A stretch of 63,511 nt of DNA, filler included, from Basidiobolus ranarum (GCA_040143965.1; 26 parts of 26 records of this genome joined end to end with filler, not necessarily neighbours in it), one strand, 5' to 3'; positions 12,883 through 26,490 are shown, counted from the whole stretch's first letter. A program made the numbers and translations. The notes: generated from the letters alone by a model not told the origin.

Positions 12883-13230
12883 TGTCAAAGTATTTGGGAG
12901 CCTGTTAGAAGTGGTTTGGAGAATTGGAGAAATTGGTGCTCTTCACTGATTGATTGATTGAGTTGAAAGTTAACATTTATAGTTTTGTCTATATGTAAAC
13001 AAACTAACATGTAGAATGTGTTAAGGATGGTCCTGGAAACATGTGTGCAAAGTTTGGGGCTTCTAGCACAAGTTTAAAAGATTAATACATCTGAGAACTT
13101 ATAAGTTGGTGTCAATGTTCTAAGTAAATTCTGATTGAAATTAATGGATAATATCTTAGTGAAATATAAGAAACCATAGTACTAAGCTATATATGACTAT
13201 TTAGGTGTTTAGGTAATGTTGATTTCAACA
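12883..13230 (-). repeat. Copia family A 3' LTR (348 bp)
   Basis: TG...CA ends; degenerate PPT at 13231-13240; adjoins the RNase H end. Confidence 0.85.
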
Positions 13231-13240
13231 CTTTCCTGAA

Positions 13241-14627
13241 CTATATAGTGATACATGCTAATCCTAGAAAAGGTCTAATTTTCTCAAATTTTTGTCTAGC
13301 TAATGGTTTGGTTAATATATCTGCAATCATATCTTCTGTAGAATAATTAGTTAAGTTGATAAACTTGTTCTCTTTAGTCTCTCCAATGAAATGATGTCCA
13401 ATATCTATATGTTTGCTTCTATTATCAAATGTGGGATTTTTAGCTATTTGATACATCTTTGATTATCTTGAAATATTGTATTAGGTGAAGTTTGAGATTA
13501 ACCTAAATCTTTTAAGAGTTCTCTTAACCATATTGCTTCTTTTGTGGCTTTACAGGCAGCCATGTATTCTGCTTCTGTTGTTGAGAGTGCTATGGTTGGT
13601 TGTTTTTTTGAATTCCAAGTAATAGCTCCTTGAGAGCACAGAATAGGTGTATTTTAAGCATAGATCCATAGTACCTTTCAAATATCTAAATCCACTTAAC
13701 TGCTATGATTTGATCAGATCCATAATTTTAAAGATAATGGCATATAGCTATGACAGAATATGCAATATCTGGCCATGATATAACCATGATATACACCAAA
13801 CTAACAACCATAGATTGATAAGGAAATTTCTGACTTTCATTTGAATACAAAAATGTCTTATTTGAGCCATTTTTGGTTAAGTTAAGATTTGTCTCCATTG
13901 GGGTAGATACTTGATTACATTTCTCCATTTTAAACTTTTTTAGTATATCTGGATATACATGGACTGGTTTGAAGTTATTGTTCTAGTAGTTTTATCCATT
14001 TTAACTTGGATTCCACAATAATATGTCAGTTCACCAAGATCAGTCATTTTGAGTTTTGCAGATAAGCTGGATTTGGTTTTCTTTAAAGTTATGAAGTCAT
14101 TGGTTGCTATAATAAGGTCACCTACATATAAGGCTAATAAAACTGGGTTTGTCTAATCTGACCCAAGAGAGATACTATAGCCAGCATTACTCTCTTGGAA
14201 TTTGAGTGTTTCCAAAAAGCATATATATTGCTGTTCCAAGCTCTTGGAGATTGTTTTAAGCCATAGAGTGTTTTCCAGAGTCTGCAAGCTTTTTTAGGGT
14301 TTTCTGGGTCCACAAATCCATCTGGCTGGTCCATATAGATCTCCTCAGCAAGCTCACCATTCAAAAAAGCTGTTTTAACATCCATTTGATGTATAATAAA
14401 CTGATATTTAGCTGAAATTGCTAAAATCAATCTAATTGAATTAAACTTTGCTACAGGAGCAAAAGTTTCTGTGTAATCTATTCCTGGTGTTTGGGAATAG
14501 CCTTTGGCTACTAGTCTAGCCTTGTACCTTTCTATATTGCCATCAGAGTTGTATTTAACTTTAAACACCCATTGGCAGCCAATTGATTTTCTATCATCAG
14601 GTAAGTTGGTTAAAATCCAAGTTTGAT
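13241..14627 (-). mobile_element. Degenerate Ty1/Copia family A RT and RNase H
   Basis: [65 protein letters not shown]. Confidence 0.95.
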
Positions 14628-15601
14628 NNNNNNNNNNNNNNNNNNNNNNNNNNNNNNNNNNNNNNNNNNNNTTAATTAATTAANNNNNNNNNNNNNNNNN
14701 NNNNNNNNNNNNNNNNNNNNNNNNNNNGTTGAGCGAGAGATTCATGGGCACCATTCCTATTACTTTTCCAAAGAACAGGGGATATACTCTTGTTCCGAGT
14801 CTATGTCAGGATGCTCAGAAAATTCGGAACAGATTTCTGAAGGGTTATCTGAAATATCAGGTCGAACACTTGTGTGAATGATTATCTAAATTGGTCCATA
14901 AACAAGGGACAATCAATACAAAACCTAATCGTGGAAAAAAAGAAGCCTTCCGTCAAGGTTAAACCAGCCCAATCTAGATAGAATATTCACCTCCGCTATA
15001 TAGTTTTAGTTATCACAACTGTTGCACTTCTAGGTAGTCATGGATTTATTTCTTCAAAGACCTTACTCATTTTGTAAAGTACTCCATTGTTAATGGTTGC
15101 TTTGTTTGGTTGTTATAGGAATACTTGGATGTCATTGAACAAAGTAAATTTTCCCCCCGATTTCAATAGAATTCTATTACATCGATTACTTTTGTTTGGA
15201 TAGATTATTGGTATTATGGTAGATTGTTATCGAATGAATTCAGAATAAATGCCATCAATTGAATTTAAATTACTCTTTTTATATTTAAGGCAACAACATC
15301 GCTGGAAAATATTTTACATGTAAGGTAAAGTTGAGGAAATCATGTGACATCTCATAATATATAATTAGAAGGATTTTATTCATTCATTATTCCAAAATAT
15401 AAATGAGTGAGGGAAACATATTAAAGTATGAAATAGAGCCTATAGCCTATTGCCTATTACCTATTACATAATAAAAAGTAGGGGAGTTGGAAAGTCGGAT
15501 ATTAAACCATGCGTAGAGTGGATTGATGGTAAAGAGTGGATGGATGGTAAATGATACTAATACAAAAACCTGGTTGAAATAATTATTGATGCTGCTTAAA
15601 A

Positions 15602-17078
15602 TTAATAGTAACCACCAACAACACAGTTACGTGGGAAATATCCTTTGACTTCTGGATTTCTAGAACGATTATATCCAATAAACCACTGGTCCCCTACTTC
15701 CTCTGTAATAATCAACTCGTCATCGGGTTGCACTAATAATTCATTAGGTCTCTCCGGCATGTAAGGCTCAATAGCAGTCATGGTGAATAATGGAAGGTCT
15801 GGTCCAGTGTTCAAGCCATGAGTAAGATTTCTCTCGGAACTATGATTACTAAGGCTACTGTTAGAGCGGTTACCCTGACCCCCACCAAATCCAACGATCA
15901 CGGTTTCTGGAATGGGCAAAATTCAATCAATACTGGCTCATCTAATCAGTGCAAACTTTAAATACTTACCTTCCAAGTCGGCTTCATTTATACCTGGACC
16001 AGCACTAGAGGAGGTAACACTACTTCTGAAGGTGTTATCTCTAGCCAAGTCTGGTGCTAATCTGTTATTATCTTGACGAACAGGTACCGGAGAGGCATTA
16101 AACTCGTTGAAGTCTTGATTTCTTTGAACTCGTCCCATAGGTGGTATGCTTTCGGAACGGTGAACTTGTTCATTGTAGGGTGAGTCGACATCCGATCTCT
16201 GTGATCTGGGTGAATCAGAGTTATAGAACTGATTAAGTGGGGCGTGGGCTGGGGGTGCAACATTGTTTGAAGGGCGCTCCGGGGAATACTGGTTACGTTG
16301 ATTCTTGTCTACAAAGGCATCGGTGCTAGCAAAACTAGGCTGTGAGCTCACTTGGGAATTGGTGTATTCTTGTCTCGGTCTTGAAGTAGAGTGATGTTCG
16401 TTAGGAGAAGGTGGGCGGTAATGTGAATCTTGTTGTCTAGCCATAGATCCTGCAGCTAATCCTGCACCAATCGCGGCGCCGGCACCAATATCATTTCGTG
16501 GGAAAGTGGCGGGAGTTGAGTTCATAGCATTTAAACGGGATCCACCACTGAATCCAGCAGTTGGCGGAGGTGAAGACATCGCTATATCATCAAAATCAAA
16601 GTTAACATTTGAGAATTGCTTTTTCTTCTGGTAATATCTGTATCCGATAAACCCTGCGATAGCTGCGATGACGGCAATACCACCTACTACTCCTCCCACA
16701 ATAGCCCCAGTGTTGCTAGATTCTTTTTTTTCATTTGTTGGTTTTGGATTAGGTACAGGGTTTGAGGGGGATGCGCTTGCATCACTAGAGGTACCAGGAA
16801 TAATAGGCGTTGTGGGGGTGGTACCATCCGTTGGTACGGACGCTGAAGGGGTTGAGAGAGGAGTCTCAGAAGTTGGGGATGGTGAGGGAGTCTCAGAAGT
16901 AGGGGATGGTGTGGGAGTCTCAGAAGTTGGTGATGGTGGAGGAGTCTCCGAAGTGGGGGTTGGGGGGGCTGTCGCAGAAGTGGGGGATGGGGGGGCAGTG
17001 TCGGATGTGGGTGATGGTGGGCCACGCGAAGCAGTCGGCGGGGCGGGAGGCGTCTGAGATGTAGGTGGAGGGGGAGTG
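15602..17078 (-). CDS. Single-pass membrane protein with Pro/Thr/Ser stalk and C-terminal SH3 domain (5' truncated)
   Basis: PSPTSETP-type repeats; TM GAIVGGVVGGIAVIAAIAGFIGY followed by RYYQKKK; intron 15907-15969 (GTAAGT...CAG) joins in frame to SH3 AIEPYMPERPNELLVQPDD...WFIG...GYFPRNCV. Confidence 0.85.
16850..17015 (-). repeat. Coding 24-nt tandem repeat (PSPTSETP-like)
   Basis: Repeated GGAGTCTCAGAAGT(T/A)GGGGATGGT units on the + strand. Confidence 0.8.
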
Positions 17079-17182
17079 NNNNNNNNNNNNNNNNNNNNNN
17101 NNNNNNNNNNNNNNNNNNNNNNTTAATTAATTAANNNNNNNNNNNNNNNNNNNNNNNNNNNNNNNNNNNNNNNNNNNNTGAA

Positions 17183-17558
17183 TGTTGGAATATTAGTAAT
17201 CTCCTTTTGGGAAGAAGACTCTAATTCACTCACTGCTACCATGTTGGAGGATCTTGACATAATGGGGGTAGACTTTGAGTATTAGAAGCAACTTATGATA
17301 GTGTGTTTTAGTTAGTTTATTCTCAAGAGTATATGGTGACTTATATAGTAGAAAAGTAAATCAATTGTTTGAGATATTCAGGAGTTTGTGTAGTAAGATA
17401 TACTAGATAAGTGGGGGTAATAAGACATACTTGTTATATAGATATAGAGATATTCCTATTTAGAATATAGGGGCTATAGATACGTTGCTTTCAGTTTCTG
17501 ATGTATGTATCATAACTAAAGTTAACTATGATGTTGAATAAAGATTAATTATTCAACA
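17183..17558. repeat. Candidate LTR (family C) abutting CACTA sequence
   Basis: TGTTGGAATA...TATTCAACA inverted ends, 376 bp, CpG-poor; single copy and no TSD visible. Confidence 0.4.
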
Positions 17559-17638
17559 ATACTTGCACTATACTTTTCTCTTCATACTTTTGAAAATACT
17601 CCTCAAGCACTTTTACTATTTTTATATATATCCTTGTA

Positions 17639-19251
17639 CCCTAACAAAAATAAAATTGATTTGATCTAGATTGAATCTACCCTTTTAGGTTGCAATACCA
17701 TCAGAGAGCCATCACAATATTGTTGGCTTGCATTCTGCCAGGGATGTTGATGGTGTGATGGTGGTATCCTGAAGGTATTTTGACAATATTCATACATGCT
17801 AAAGTATTGATCCTCATATTTGGCATGCATTGTTTAATTTCTAGCAATTTTTGCAAAAATCTAATTTTCAAATGGCATAATACTAGGTTTCCTACTGTAG
17901 GAATTTGAATGCCTTTATTTAGAGATTTTAAGCTTTGTATTCCAGCCATAATGAGAATCAAAAAATACAAGAATCTTGTTGTGTTTAGTCTCAACATATG
18001 CACATACTTGACTGGTCAAATATAACTCAACAATATCAATATACTTTACCAACAAACTAATGGTGGAAAAATTGCTGAATGTCTGAAATTTTGAACAGCA
18101 CTGACACTTGGCAAATAGCTGACTCTTGTTACCATTAACAATGAAAATAAGATCTTAGATTTTGGCAAATTTCCATAAAGAATTCGGACAAAATATCCAC
18201 AACTGGCAGTCAACAAATGTCCTGACACATGTAGATGTGTCATTGCTTGAATAGCTTACCCCATTGCTAAACAATAATACTGCATATATTGATCTATCTC
18301 ACCAAGAAGTCTGTCTTGCAGCTTTCCTAGAAATACCATCAGATAATCACACAAACAAATTAGTCCAAGTTATAGAGGTATTTACTCTGTGTCCATGGAT
18401 TGAGTTTTATTGCTGTTATTGTGCTCAAACAATGCTAAAAACCGTGAGCACATTTAAAAGAGCCCTATGTCAGAAGGTTAATATATTCTGGAGTCTCCTT
18501 AATCCATTGCATTACATATAGCACATAATAACACTGACAATTTAACATGCAGCATCTTTTCACCACAGGTGCTCCCAGAATGTATAGCAAGGGTCTATAA
18601 TCACTAGGCATTGTGAAAGGTGAAGCAGGGAATGTATTGAACACTGGCATAGATTCAGTATATCTTCTTTAAACATGAAATAAGGTGCTTCATATCCAAT
18701 TACAAAATCTTTGTACAGTAGCTGTATCTGCCTGAGATCTGCCAATGTGAGTTGATGCCATAAAAATATATCAACATTATCCACAAACAACTCCCAATGT
18801 TGCTAATACTTATCATGCAGAAATCTCCTGAAGATTCCACTTGAGTATAAACAAATCTAATACTTCTGGTCTTTGCACTTGAATAAACACCTAGATGAGT
18901 GGCTGTTGATGGGAGTCCTGGTAAAATATGATGGTATCTTGATGTTTTCAAGCATTTTCCCAATTGATTCAAACTTTGATCTTATCTCAAATGGCTCATT
19001 CATGTTGGATTTTGAACTATATAGATGAGTAAATAGTATTTCAATGTTGTTGAATAGTAAGTGCATGGTGCCTAATGGGAAGCTCTGCCTACAGCTGATT
19101 GCCTTTAGCAACCTATCTTAGGCTTATGGCTAATACCAAGTTTGATGGTAAACTGACTATTTGGTGGATTGATATCAGTGATCATGTTAAAATCTGATTG
19201 GGCTCTTGATGGTAAAATCATGGAGTTTAGCTTTGTATTTGGATAGTAGTA
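17639..19251 (-). mobile_element. Degenerate CACTA/CMC transposase 3' half with terminus
   Basis: PLGTMHLLFNNI (MH motif); homologous to 51422-52377 and 61176-62161; TIR CCCTAACAAAAAT at 17639. Confidence 0.8.
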
Positions 19252-19529
19252 CCCTAACAGAAATTTGAGGATTGTTATTGTAGGAAAACCGTCACAATTT
19301 TAATCCATTTGGGATTGACTGTTTACTTACCGTCATATTATCATAAAGTTAGATTTGATTTTAATCAATTTTTTCAGTTTCAGGAGTGAAATTTCTAGAT
19401 CTTGCAAAATAGTTGCAAATGATTAGCTAAATCTCAGAGAACTGTGGATCAACACATGTGCAAAAAACGTAACTCAAATTTTACACAATTACCACTTGAA
19501 TGCTAATTTGTCACCTTCAAAATCCTTAG
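19252..19529 (+). mobile_element. Probable opposite terminus of the CACTA family, inserted into a transposase copy
   Basis: CCCTAACAGAAAT (12/13 match to the other TIR) with a different subterminal sequence; interrupts the YYYPN codons; its interior also occurs inverted at about 19700-19740. Confidence 0.6.
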
Positions 19530-19794
19530 NNNNNNNNNNNNNNNNNNNNNNNNNNNNNNNNNNNNNNNNNNNNTTAATTAATTAANNNNNNNNNNNNNNN
19601 NNNNNNNNNNNNNNNNNNNNNNNNNNNNNTTGGGTATGAGCTAAACCTTGGGTATGAAGAACTCTATAAAAATATTCAGGAGAATATATCAAAGAGACTA
19701 GAGATTTTGAAGGTGACAAATTAGCATTCAAGTGGTAATTATCACTTGTCATCAGAGTAAGAGATGGCAGCTCTGACATTGAGAGTCTTTTAGT

Positions 19795-21980
19795 TTACCA
19801 GTTTTCCTTTGAGATTGTTGAGTGACTTTCTAACTGTAAACTGGTTACTTCAGAAAGCTGCATTAATTGCAATATTGTCGCATTATTGCCTGTCATGGCC
19901 TGTATAGCAACTTTGTAGTTTTTACTTACAATTGCACACACATTATTATGGTGTTCTGCCTGCAATTCCCTTGTAATAATTCTATACAAAATTTCTATGG
20001 AGGGAGGATCAATAGTGGACAAAGCAGACATTTTGGAAGTTGATGGTCTTGGCAGTGTTTCTGTTGAAATTTGCTCAACTACTGAATAAATTTGTAATTG
20101 GGGTATTACAGTTGCTTCACTTGCACTATCACTGGAAAAGACCACATCAGGTAAAATGATCAATGCTTTGTCATTACTTGAGTTAGTTTCTGCCATGTTA
20201 ATGCCTTCCAAAGGGGATAGTGGATTGCTAGACTGCTCATCAATTAAGTCCTCTGTTCTTGCTGGTTTTTTTCCTTTTGTGCCAGCAGGCTTGTGCTCAC
20301 ATGCCAATTTTGAATAAGATTTCAAGTGTTTTTTAAGAGATATTTAACTTTTCAGATGGTAAACTTGTTGTAATGAAATTGCTTAGAAACAGCTTATAAT
20401 TAGCCAAAATTGCCATCCATTACCAGAAATTTCTTGTAAATTCCCTGATGACTCCATTAGTGGCACCATCTCAGAATCAGCTGATGATATTGATGGGTTA
20501 TACATAAACTACCACCCTTACGTAGAAGGTTTTCTTTTTCCTCTAATATTCTTCTCATGCTGCAACACCAATATTTCCAGAAGCCCTATCATTGTCACAA
20601 ATTCTTGAGCTATGAAAGCTGGAGGCTTCATAGAGATAATAATCACAAGCATGGTCACTGTAAAAAGCAACCAGCTGCAAAAAGCCAGGTGAAAATCAGC
20701 TGTAATATTGGCACAAAATCAACTTTAGTTTTGCCCACTGAATCCACAGGCTGTGGCCTTGCCTCAAAGTTTTGGTAACACTGCCAAAAGTGTAGATCCC
20801 ATGGAGTTACCACAGTTGTAAGACCAGAATGATGTAGGTAGAAATGCAAGTTTGGTCAAACCAGTAAGTCCCAACAGCCTTGAAGACAGGCTGCTAAATG
20901 TTGACCTCAGTTATTCCAGTACTGATTGTAGCCTATCATAAGCTCACAAAGTTGATGACAGTCTTGTTACAAACTTTTTGTTATCAGCAAGCATTAGTCC
21001 ACTTGTAACACTTACAGTAAAGGAAGCAGCTTTAATTATTAAGGAGTGTAGAGTTCAATCCAATTTTACCAACTGGGTGTTTATTGGTTTTCTTACACTT
21101 TTATCACAATTGATTGTCAACTGTTGCCTACCACAAACCTGGTACAAGTGGACAACACTGATCCATCTTATGACTTATAATCTTTCAGTAATTGAACTTC
21201 CTTCATGTCCAAATGGTTGTTTGGCTTTCATCAGTGATCTTACAAACCTGCAGTCATGTACTGCTTGTACACAATTGGCAATCACTAAATCAGCTAAATA
21301 TCAATCTTATTCATCTTATATACCATTGACTCTCTGTCTTAAAGTTTTGATGAAATCACCCAAATATAGATCATTAATCCAACACCATAGCACTCACTAT
21401 AAAGCTAATGGTATTACCAATACACTTGATGGATACCATTACCAGAATCTGAACCGTCAAGGTTTCTTTGAGAACATGTATGATGAAGCATTTGCATTTG
21501 CTCTAGATGGTTTCTCACCAATCATATACCATTGGAAAGGCTTGCTGGCCCATAATATTTGTCAATTTGAATCTTCCTGCTTCTGAGCAGTATAAGAGTC
21601 ATAATAATTTGATACTATCCATCATATGTGTACCTAAATCACTAGTGCCTATAGATAGCTTCTTGGAGTCTTTGATTATGGAATTTGAACATTTATCTAA
21701 TGGGGTTCAGATGAGTGAATGTTTTATTAATGCTAATATCATTGTATGTATTGGTGACACTCCTGGCTTCTGTAAACTTGTAGGCTTTTGTGAGCACAAT
21801 GCACTACCTTGCTGTAGATTTTGTCAAAGCAATGAAGTCTACTCTGTCAGGCATATGCATTACTACTATCCAAATACAATACTATACTCAATGATTTTAC
21901 CATCAAGAGCCTGGTCAGATTTCAGCATGTTCACTGATCTCCATTCAACAATAGGCAGTCTAACATTAAACTTGGTAGTA
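19795..21980. mobile_element. CACTA/CMC element core: divergent ORF2 (-, about 19795-20420) and Tnp2/Transposase_21-like transposase (+, about 20557-21980), both degenerate
   Basis: CPNGCLAF, FALDGFSP, WPIIFVNLNLP, PKSLVPIDSFL, IGDTPGFCKLVG..H...CCRFC match En/Spm Tnp2 motifs; same layout inverted at 58739-61075. Confidence 0.85.
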
Positions 21981-22080
21981 NNNNNNNNNNNNNNNNNNNN
22001 NNNNNNNNNNNNNNNNNNNNNNNNTTAATTAATTAANNNNNNNNNNNNNNNNNNNNNNNNNNNNNNNNNNNNNNNNNNNN

Positions 22081-24155
22081 ATGGAAGTCTTGGTAAATTC
22101 TATTACATATTACATGATAGTCAGTAGTCATCTTTTAGAGTTTGAGTATTTCCAAAAAAGCATCTATCTTGCTATTCCAAGCTCTTGGAGAAGGGCATTG
22201 TATTGGGTGCTACAGCAGGTAGAATTCTGGTTGAAGGGTAGATAGGAATGCTATTTTCTTCATGGTTTTGGTTTGAAGCAATTTCAAAGACTTGATCAGG
22301 AGAAAACTAAGTTATGTTATCATCTGAGATCATTTTGGGTGAAATGTTACATTTTGATTCAACAAAACATCCCTGGATTTGATTAACTTGGAAATGTTGT
22401 TTCATAGAGTCTGTAGGCCTTAGTTAGCATATAATAACCCTCAAATATACATTACTTCATTTTTGGATCATATTTTGACCAATTTATGGTCATGATTTGG
22501 ATATAAGCAATTCATCTAAAGATCCCCAAATGTTTTACATCAGGTTTAACTCCAAGCCAAGCATGATATGGTACAGAGTCAGATAGAATTTTAGTAAAAC
22601 TCCTATTTTTCAGATATACAGCTGTAGCAACTGATTCTGCCCAAAGGTTATGATTTAAATTTTGTGCATTTATTATAGATCTTGCCATTTCTGCTATAGT
22701 TCTGTGAGCTCTTTCAGCAACTCCATTTAGTCAAGTTGAATAGGGGGCAGTGATATCTTGCTTACTCCTTGAACTTTGCAAAAGTGCTTAAATGGTGCTG
22801 AAGTATATACTTCACCATTATCAATATGTATTTGTTGAAGTACTTGGGAGCCTCTTGAAAGTGGTTTGCTGAATTAGAGATATTAATGGTTTTCACTGAT
22901 TGTTTTAGTGAGTAGAGAGTTGACATTTATAGATTTGTCAAGATATAAACAATATAACATGTAGAATGTGTTGAAGAAGGTCATAGGAACATGTGTGCAA
23001 ATTTTGAGGCTTCTAGCACAAGTTTGAAAAATCTATGTATCTGAGAACTTTGGAGTTGGTAAATATTTTCTAAGTAAATTCTGATTGAGAGTAATTGATA
23101 GTATCTTAGTGAACTAAAAGTTAATGAAGTACCAAGCTATATATGACTATATAGGTGCTTAGGCAATGCTAATTTCAACAGTATTTTCTTGATTCTAGTT
23201 CTAGTTTCAATCACCACAAGTGTTTCAGAATCTCTAAAGATAAAGAGTGCTTCTTCTTTTCTTTCCATAAATTAGAACCAAGTATATCTTGTATAAGTCA
23301 TCAATAAATATGATTAATTTTTTTTTCTGCCTAAAGAAAATTTTGCACAGGTCCACATAAATCTGAATGAATTAAAACTAGTTTTTTGACTGATTTGATT
23401 AAACCAGAGCAATTCAATGGTTGCCTGGCATGTTCTCCATATATGCAACCCTCACAAATTTCTATTTTGGTTGGGGAGGTTAATTTAAATTATTGAAACT
23501 AATTGTTTTTTGATCATTTTACTCAATTAATCATATCTAATATGGCCAAATCTCTTATGCCATAATTGTATAGTTTCTTGATTGGAATAACTTACATTTA
23601 TACATAAGGTTCATGGATCATATGCAAGTTTATATAAGTTCTGATCCTTTTCTTCCAAAGCTGTATGATTCCCGTTTTGAACCATGATGATGCATCCTGA
23701 CTTATCAAAATTGAATTTAGCCCATCTGCGACAGATATTAAATTCTTGACAATATCTGAAACATGTAGTACATCCTTAAAAGTATACACTTTCTCTTCAG
23801 AAGCTCCAGTTAAATGAACTTGAAATATTCCCATTCCAATGGCATCCAATGCGCAGTCATCTCCCATGAAAACCTTTCTAATTGGGATTTCATCATAATC
23901 CACAAACCAATGTTTTTCATTTGTGAAATTCTGGGAGGCTCCAGAATCAATATACCACATCTAAGAATTCTTGTTGGTAGTCATAGATAGAGTGGATATG
24001 AATAAGTGATCTTCTGCCATGACCACATTGCCAGATTCAGTATGTTTTTCTTCTTTTGCATTTCTTTTGGAGCAATATTGATTTAATGGCCTGTTCTTTT
24101 ACAGTTATCACACAATGTGCTACTATTCTTCTTAAAGTGCTTTTGACCTTTATAG
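22081..24155 (-). mobile_element. Degenerate Copia family A gag-protease-integrase, interrupted by a solo LTR
   Basis: WYIDSGASQNF; NGVAERAHRTIAEMARS; collinear with 11150-12150. Confidence 0.9.
22833..23180 (-). repeat. Solo LTR (family A, 348 bp) with 5-bp target site duplication GTATT
   Basis: GTATT|TGTTGAAG...TTTCAACA|GTATT; integrase sequence is continuous across it compared with 11720-11750. Confidence 0.9.
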
Positions 24156-24430
24156 TGTTGAAATTAGGATTGCCTAAACACCTATATAGTCATATATAGA
24201 TTAGTACTTAGTTATTGTATAATTCACTAAGATATTATCAATGATTCTCAATCAATATTTATGTAGAATATAATTTCCAACTTGGAAGTTCTCAGATATA
24301 TAGATTTTCAAGCTTGTGCCAGAGGCCCAAAGACTTGCACACATGTGTCTGGGACCTTCCTTAATACATTCTACACATTAGTCTGTTTACATCTTGACAA
24401 AACTATCAATGTCAACTTTCTACTCAATAA
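24156..24430 (+). repeat. Copia family A LTR (truncated by contig end)
   Basis: Starts TGTTGAAATTAG and aligns with 7930 onward. Confidence 0.85.
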
Positions 24431-24530
24431 NNNNNNNNNNNNNNNNNNNNNNNNNNNNNNNNNNNNNNNNNNNNTTAATTAATTAANNNNNNNNNNNNNN
24501 NNNNNNNNNNNNNNNNNNNNNNNNNNNNNN

Positions 24531-26490
24531 ATAATCACCAACTGAGTAAGTTTGGATCAAAAAATCCAGGTCCTTTTGAATGGCGGGTTTTACTTGATTT
24601 AGAAGGTAGTGCTTGGTTGCGAAGGAGTTACGAGATAGTCGGGTCAAATTCTCAGTCAAGACCTGAAACCATGGTTAGGGTTATGCAATGTAGGGTTGTC
24701 ATTTGAAATAGTACCTGACACCACACAAACTTGCTAGCGAATGTATCCTCAATAAAAGTGACTAGTAATTCAGTTAGATGAATGTTCGGGGCTGCGGCAA
24801 ACATGAATACTTACAATCTTCAATTAGAGAATCTTCTAAACTGTCTAATCGTTGAAATAGGTCAGATAGTTGAGACATCAATGATTCAGCGGCTATGGAA
24901 CGATACAAAATACTAAGCATCAAAACTCATGAATTACATAACCAGTGCTACATACATAAATCCACTCCGGCCGATGAATTGGCCAAAAGGCGAATTTCTC
25001 CGTTAGCAATGGCCATTAAAGGTCGATTACCGACAACGAAGAGATTATGTTTCTACGTAAGTGATACGAGTAAGTTGACTAATTGTGTTGATATATGCTG
25101 TCAAACGTCTGCTTACTTGAGCCTCTTGAGCTAGACTGATAGTGTCTCGGTCGGTTGGGAAAATAATCTCTTTCTCAAACAAGTTGAAAGGTGATTGAAC
25201 AGCCAGAAAGTTATCGGAGAATTTGGAACCACAATTCTTGAATAACTCCATCAAAGAGAGATGCTCAATTGAACCAGGCAACCCCATGGCATTAGAGCAG
25301 ATACCGTATCCTCCGATTCTTCCTAAAATCCAATAACGCCATCAGAAACGATCCGTTTACGATACTTGTGATAATATATTACCTTCTCTAACTTCTTCAT
25401 CCAAGGATTCAAAAGCAACAGCTATCTGTTGATATAAAGTTGACTTTGAAATGATCTAGGACATGTAACCGACATTAGTCAACCATCAATTGATGCGTGG
25501 ACACAAATGCTTTTCACACCTTATCTTGACTTTGCAAGATTCGTTCAGGGTTATTTAACATAAATATGTCGATTTTATCTAACCCTAGACGCTCCAAGGA
25601 TGAGGTAATTTGCTGTTTTAAAAAGTCTGGATGGATACTATGGCCAGCAGTTTTTGTGACTCTTGCGTATTGGGAAACGGGTATATTTGCATCGGCGAGA
25701 GAGGGAATATATCCAGCCTTGGTCATAACTACCACATTCTAACATTGACATAAAGGATATAAGTGAGTTGGCCAAATTCTACTTTACGAGGCATATATTT
25801 GCTTTGAAGGTCTCTAACAAACCTCTCTTTGAATATTGCCTTCTTGAAATGCTTCTTTTAAAGATTCCCCTATCAATTTTTCCGATTTCCCTACCAATTT
25901 CAAGGTTGAAAAAAAATTGAGATAATTGTATTGATAGAATCACTAAAACTACTCTTACCGTCACCAAAATGACCACTTGTATCGATCAGATTCACTCCAC
26001 TTTTCAAAGCACGAAGCAAAGAAACTTTATGCAATGGTTGTTCCGAAGTTATTCGGAAGCTTCCAAATCCCACTGAAGAAACCTTTAACCCTACACATAT
26101 TGAATTAGAAAAGAAGGTTTTGGACGTTTGGAGTACTATTTAACTGTACCATTTTTCGGTATGGTATTCCCTCTGATGTTATGTTGTGAGAGATACTCTG
26201 TTGTACCACTAGCTGTGGCTCCTAACCTTGTGGTATACATACGGCTAAAAAACTACACTTGAGTTGAAGCACCCAAAAAAGGTGAAAATTCAGTTTAATC
26301 TTAAGTAGTTCAATGATAAGGACAAAGTGCTGTTCACTCGAGTTATTGACTGATTTTATCTATTTGCTTTCAAACAATACAGAAATTCAAATAAAACGAA
26401 TAAAAATTTTACCTTTCCATGTTTCGTGTATAGACTTGAAGAACAGTCTCTAAGTTTAGAGAAATGGAGACGGGTCGAAAATTGAAGCAT
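24531..26490 (-). CDS. Aldo/keto reductase family protein, multi-exon, probable mitochondrial presequence, 3' truncated
   Basis: MLQFSTRLHFSKLR start; GATASGTTEY; VSSVGFGSFRI; ALKSGVNLIDTSGHFGDG; VVVMTKAGY; SSLERLGLDKIDIFMLNNPE; GRIGGYGICSN; AVQSPFNLFE. Confidence 0.85.
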
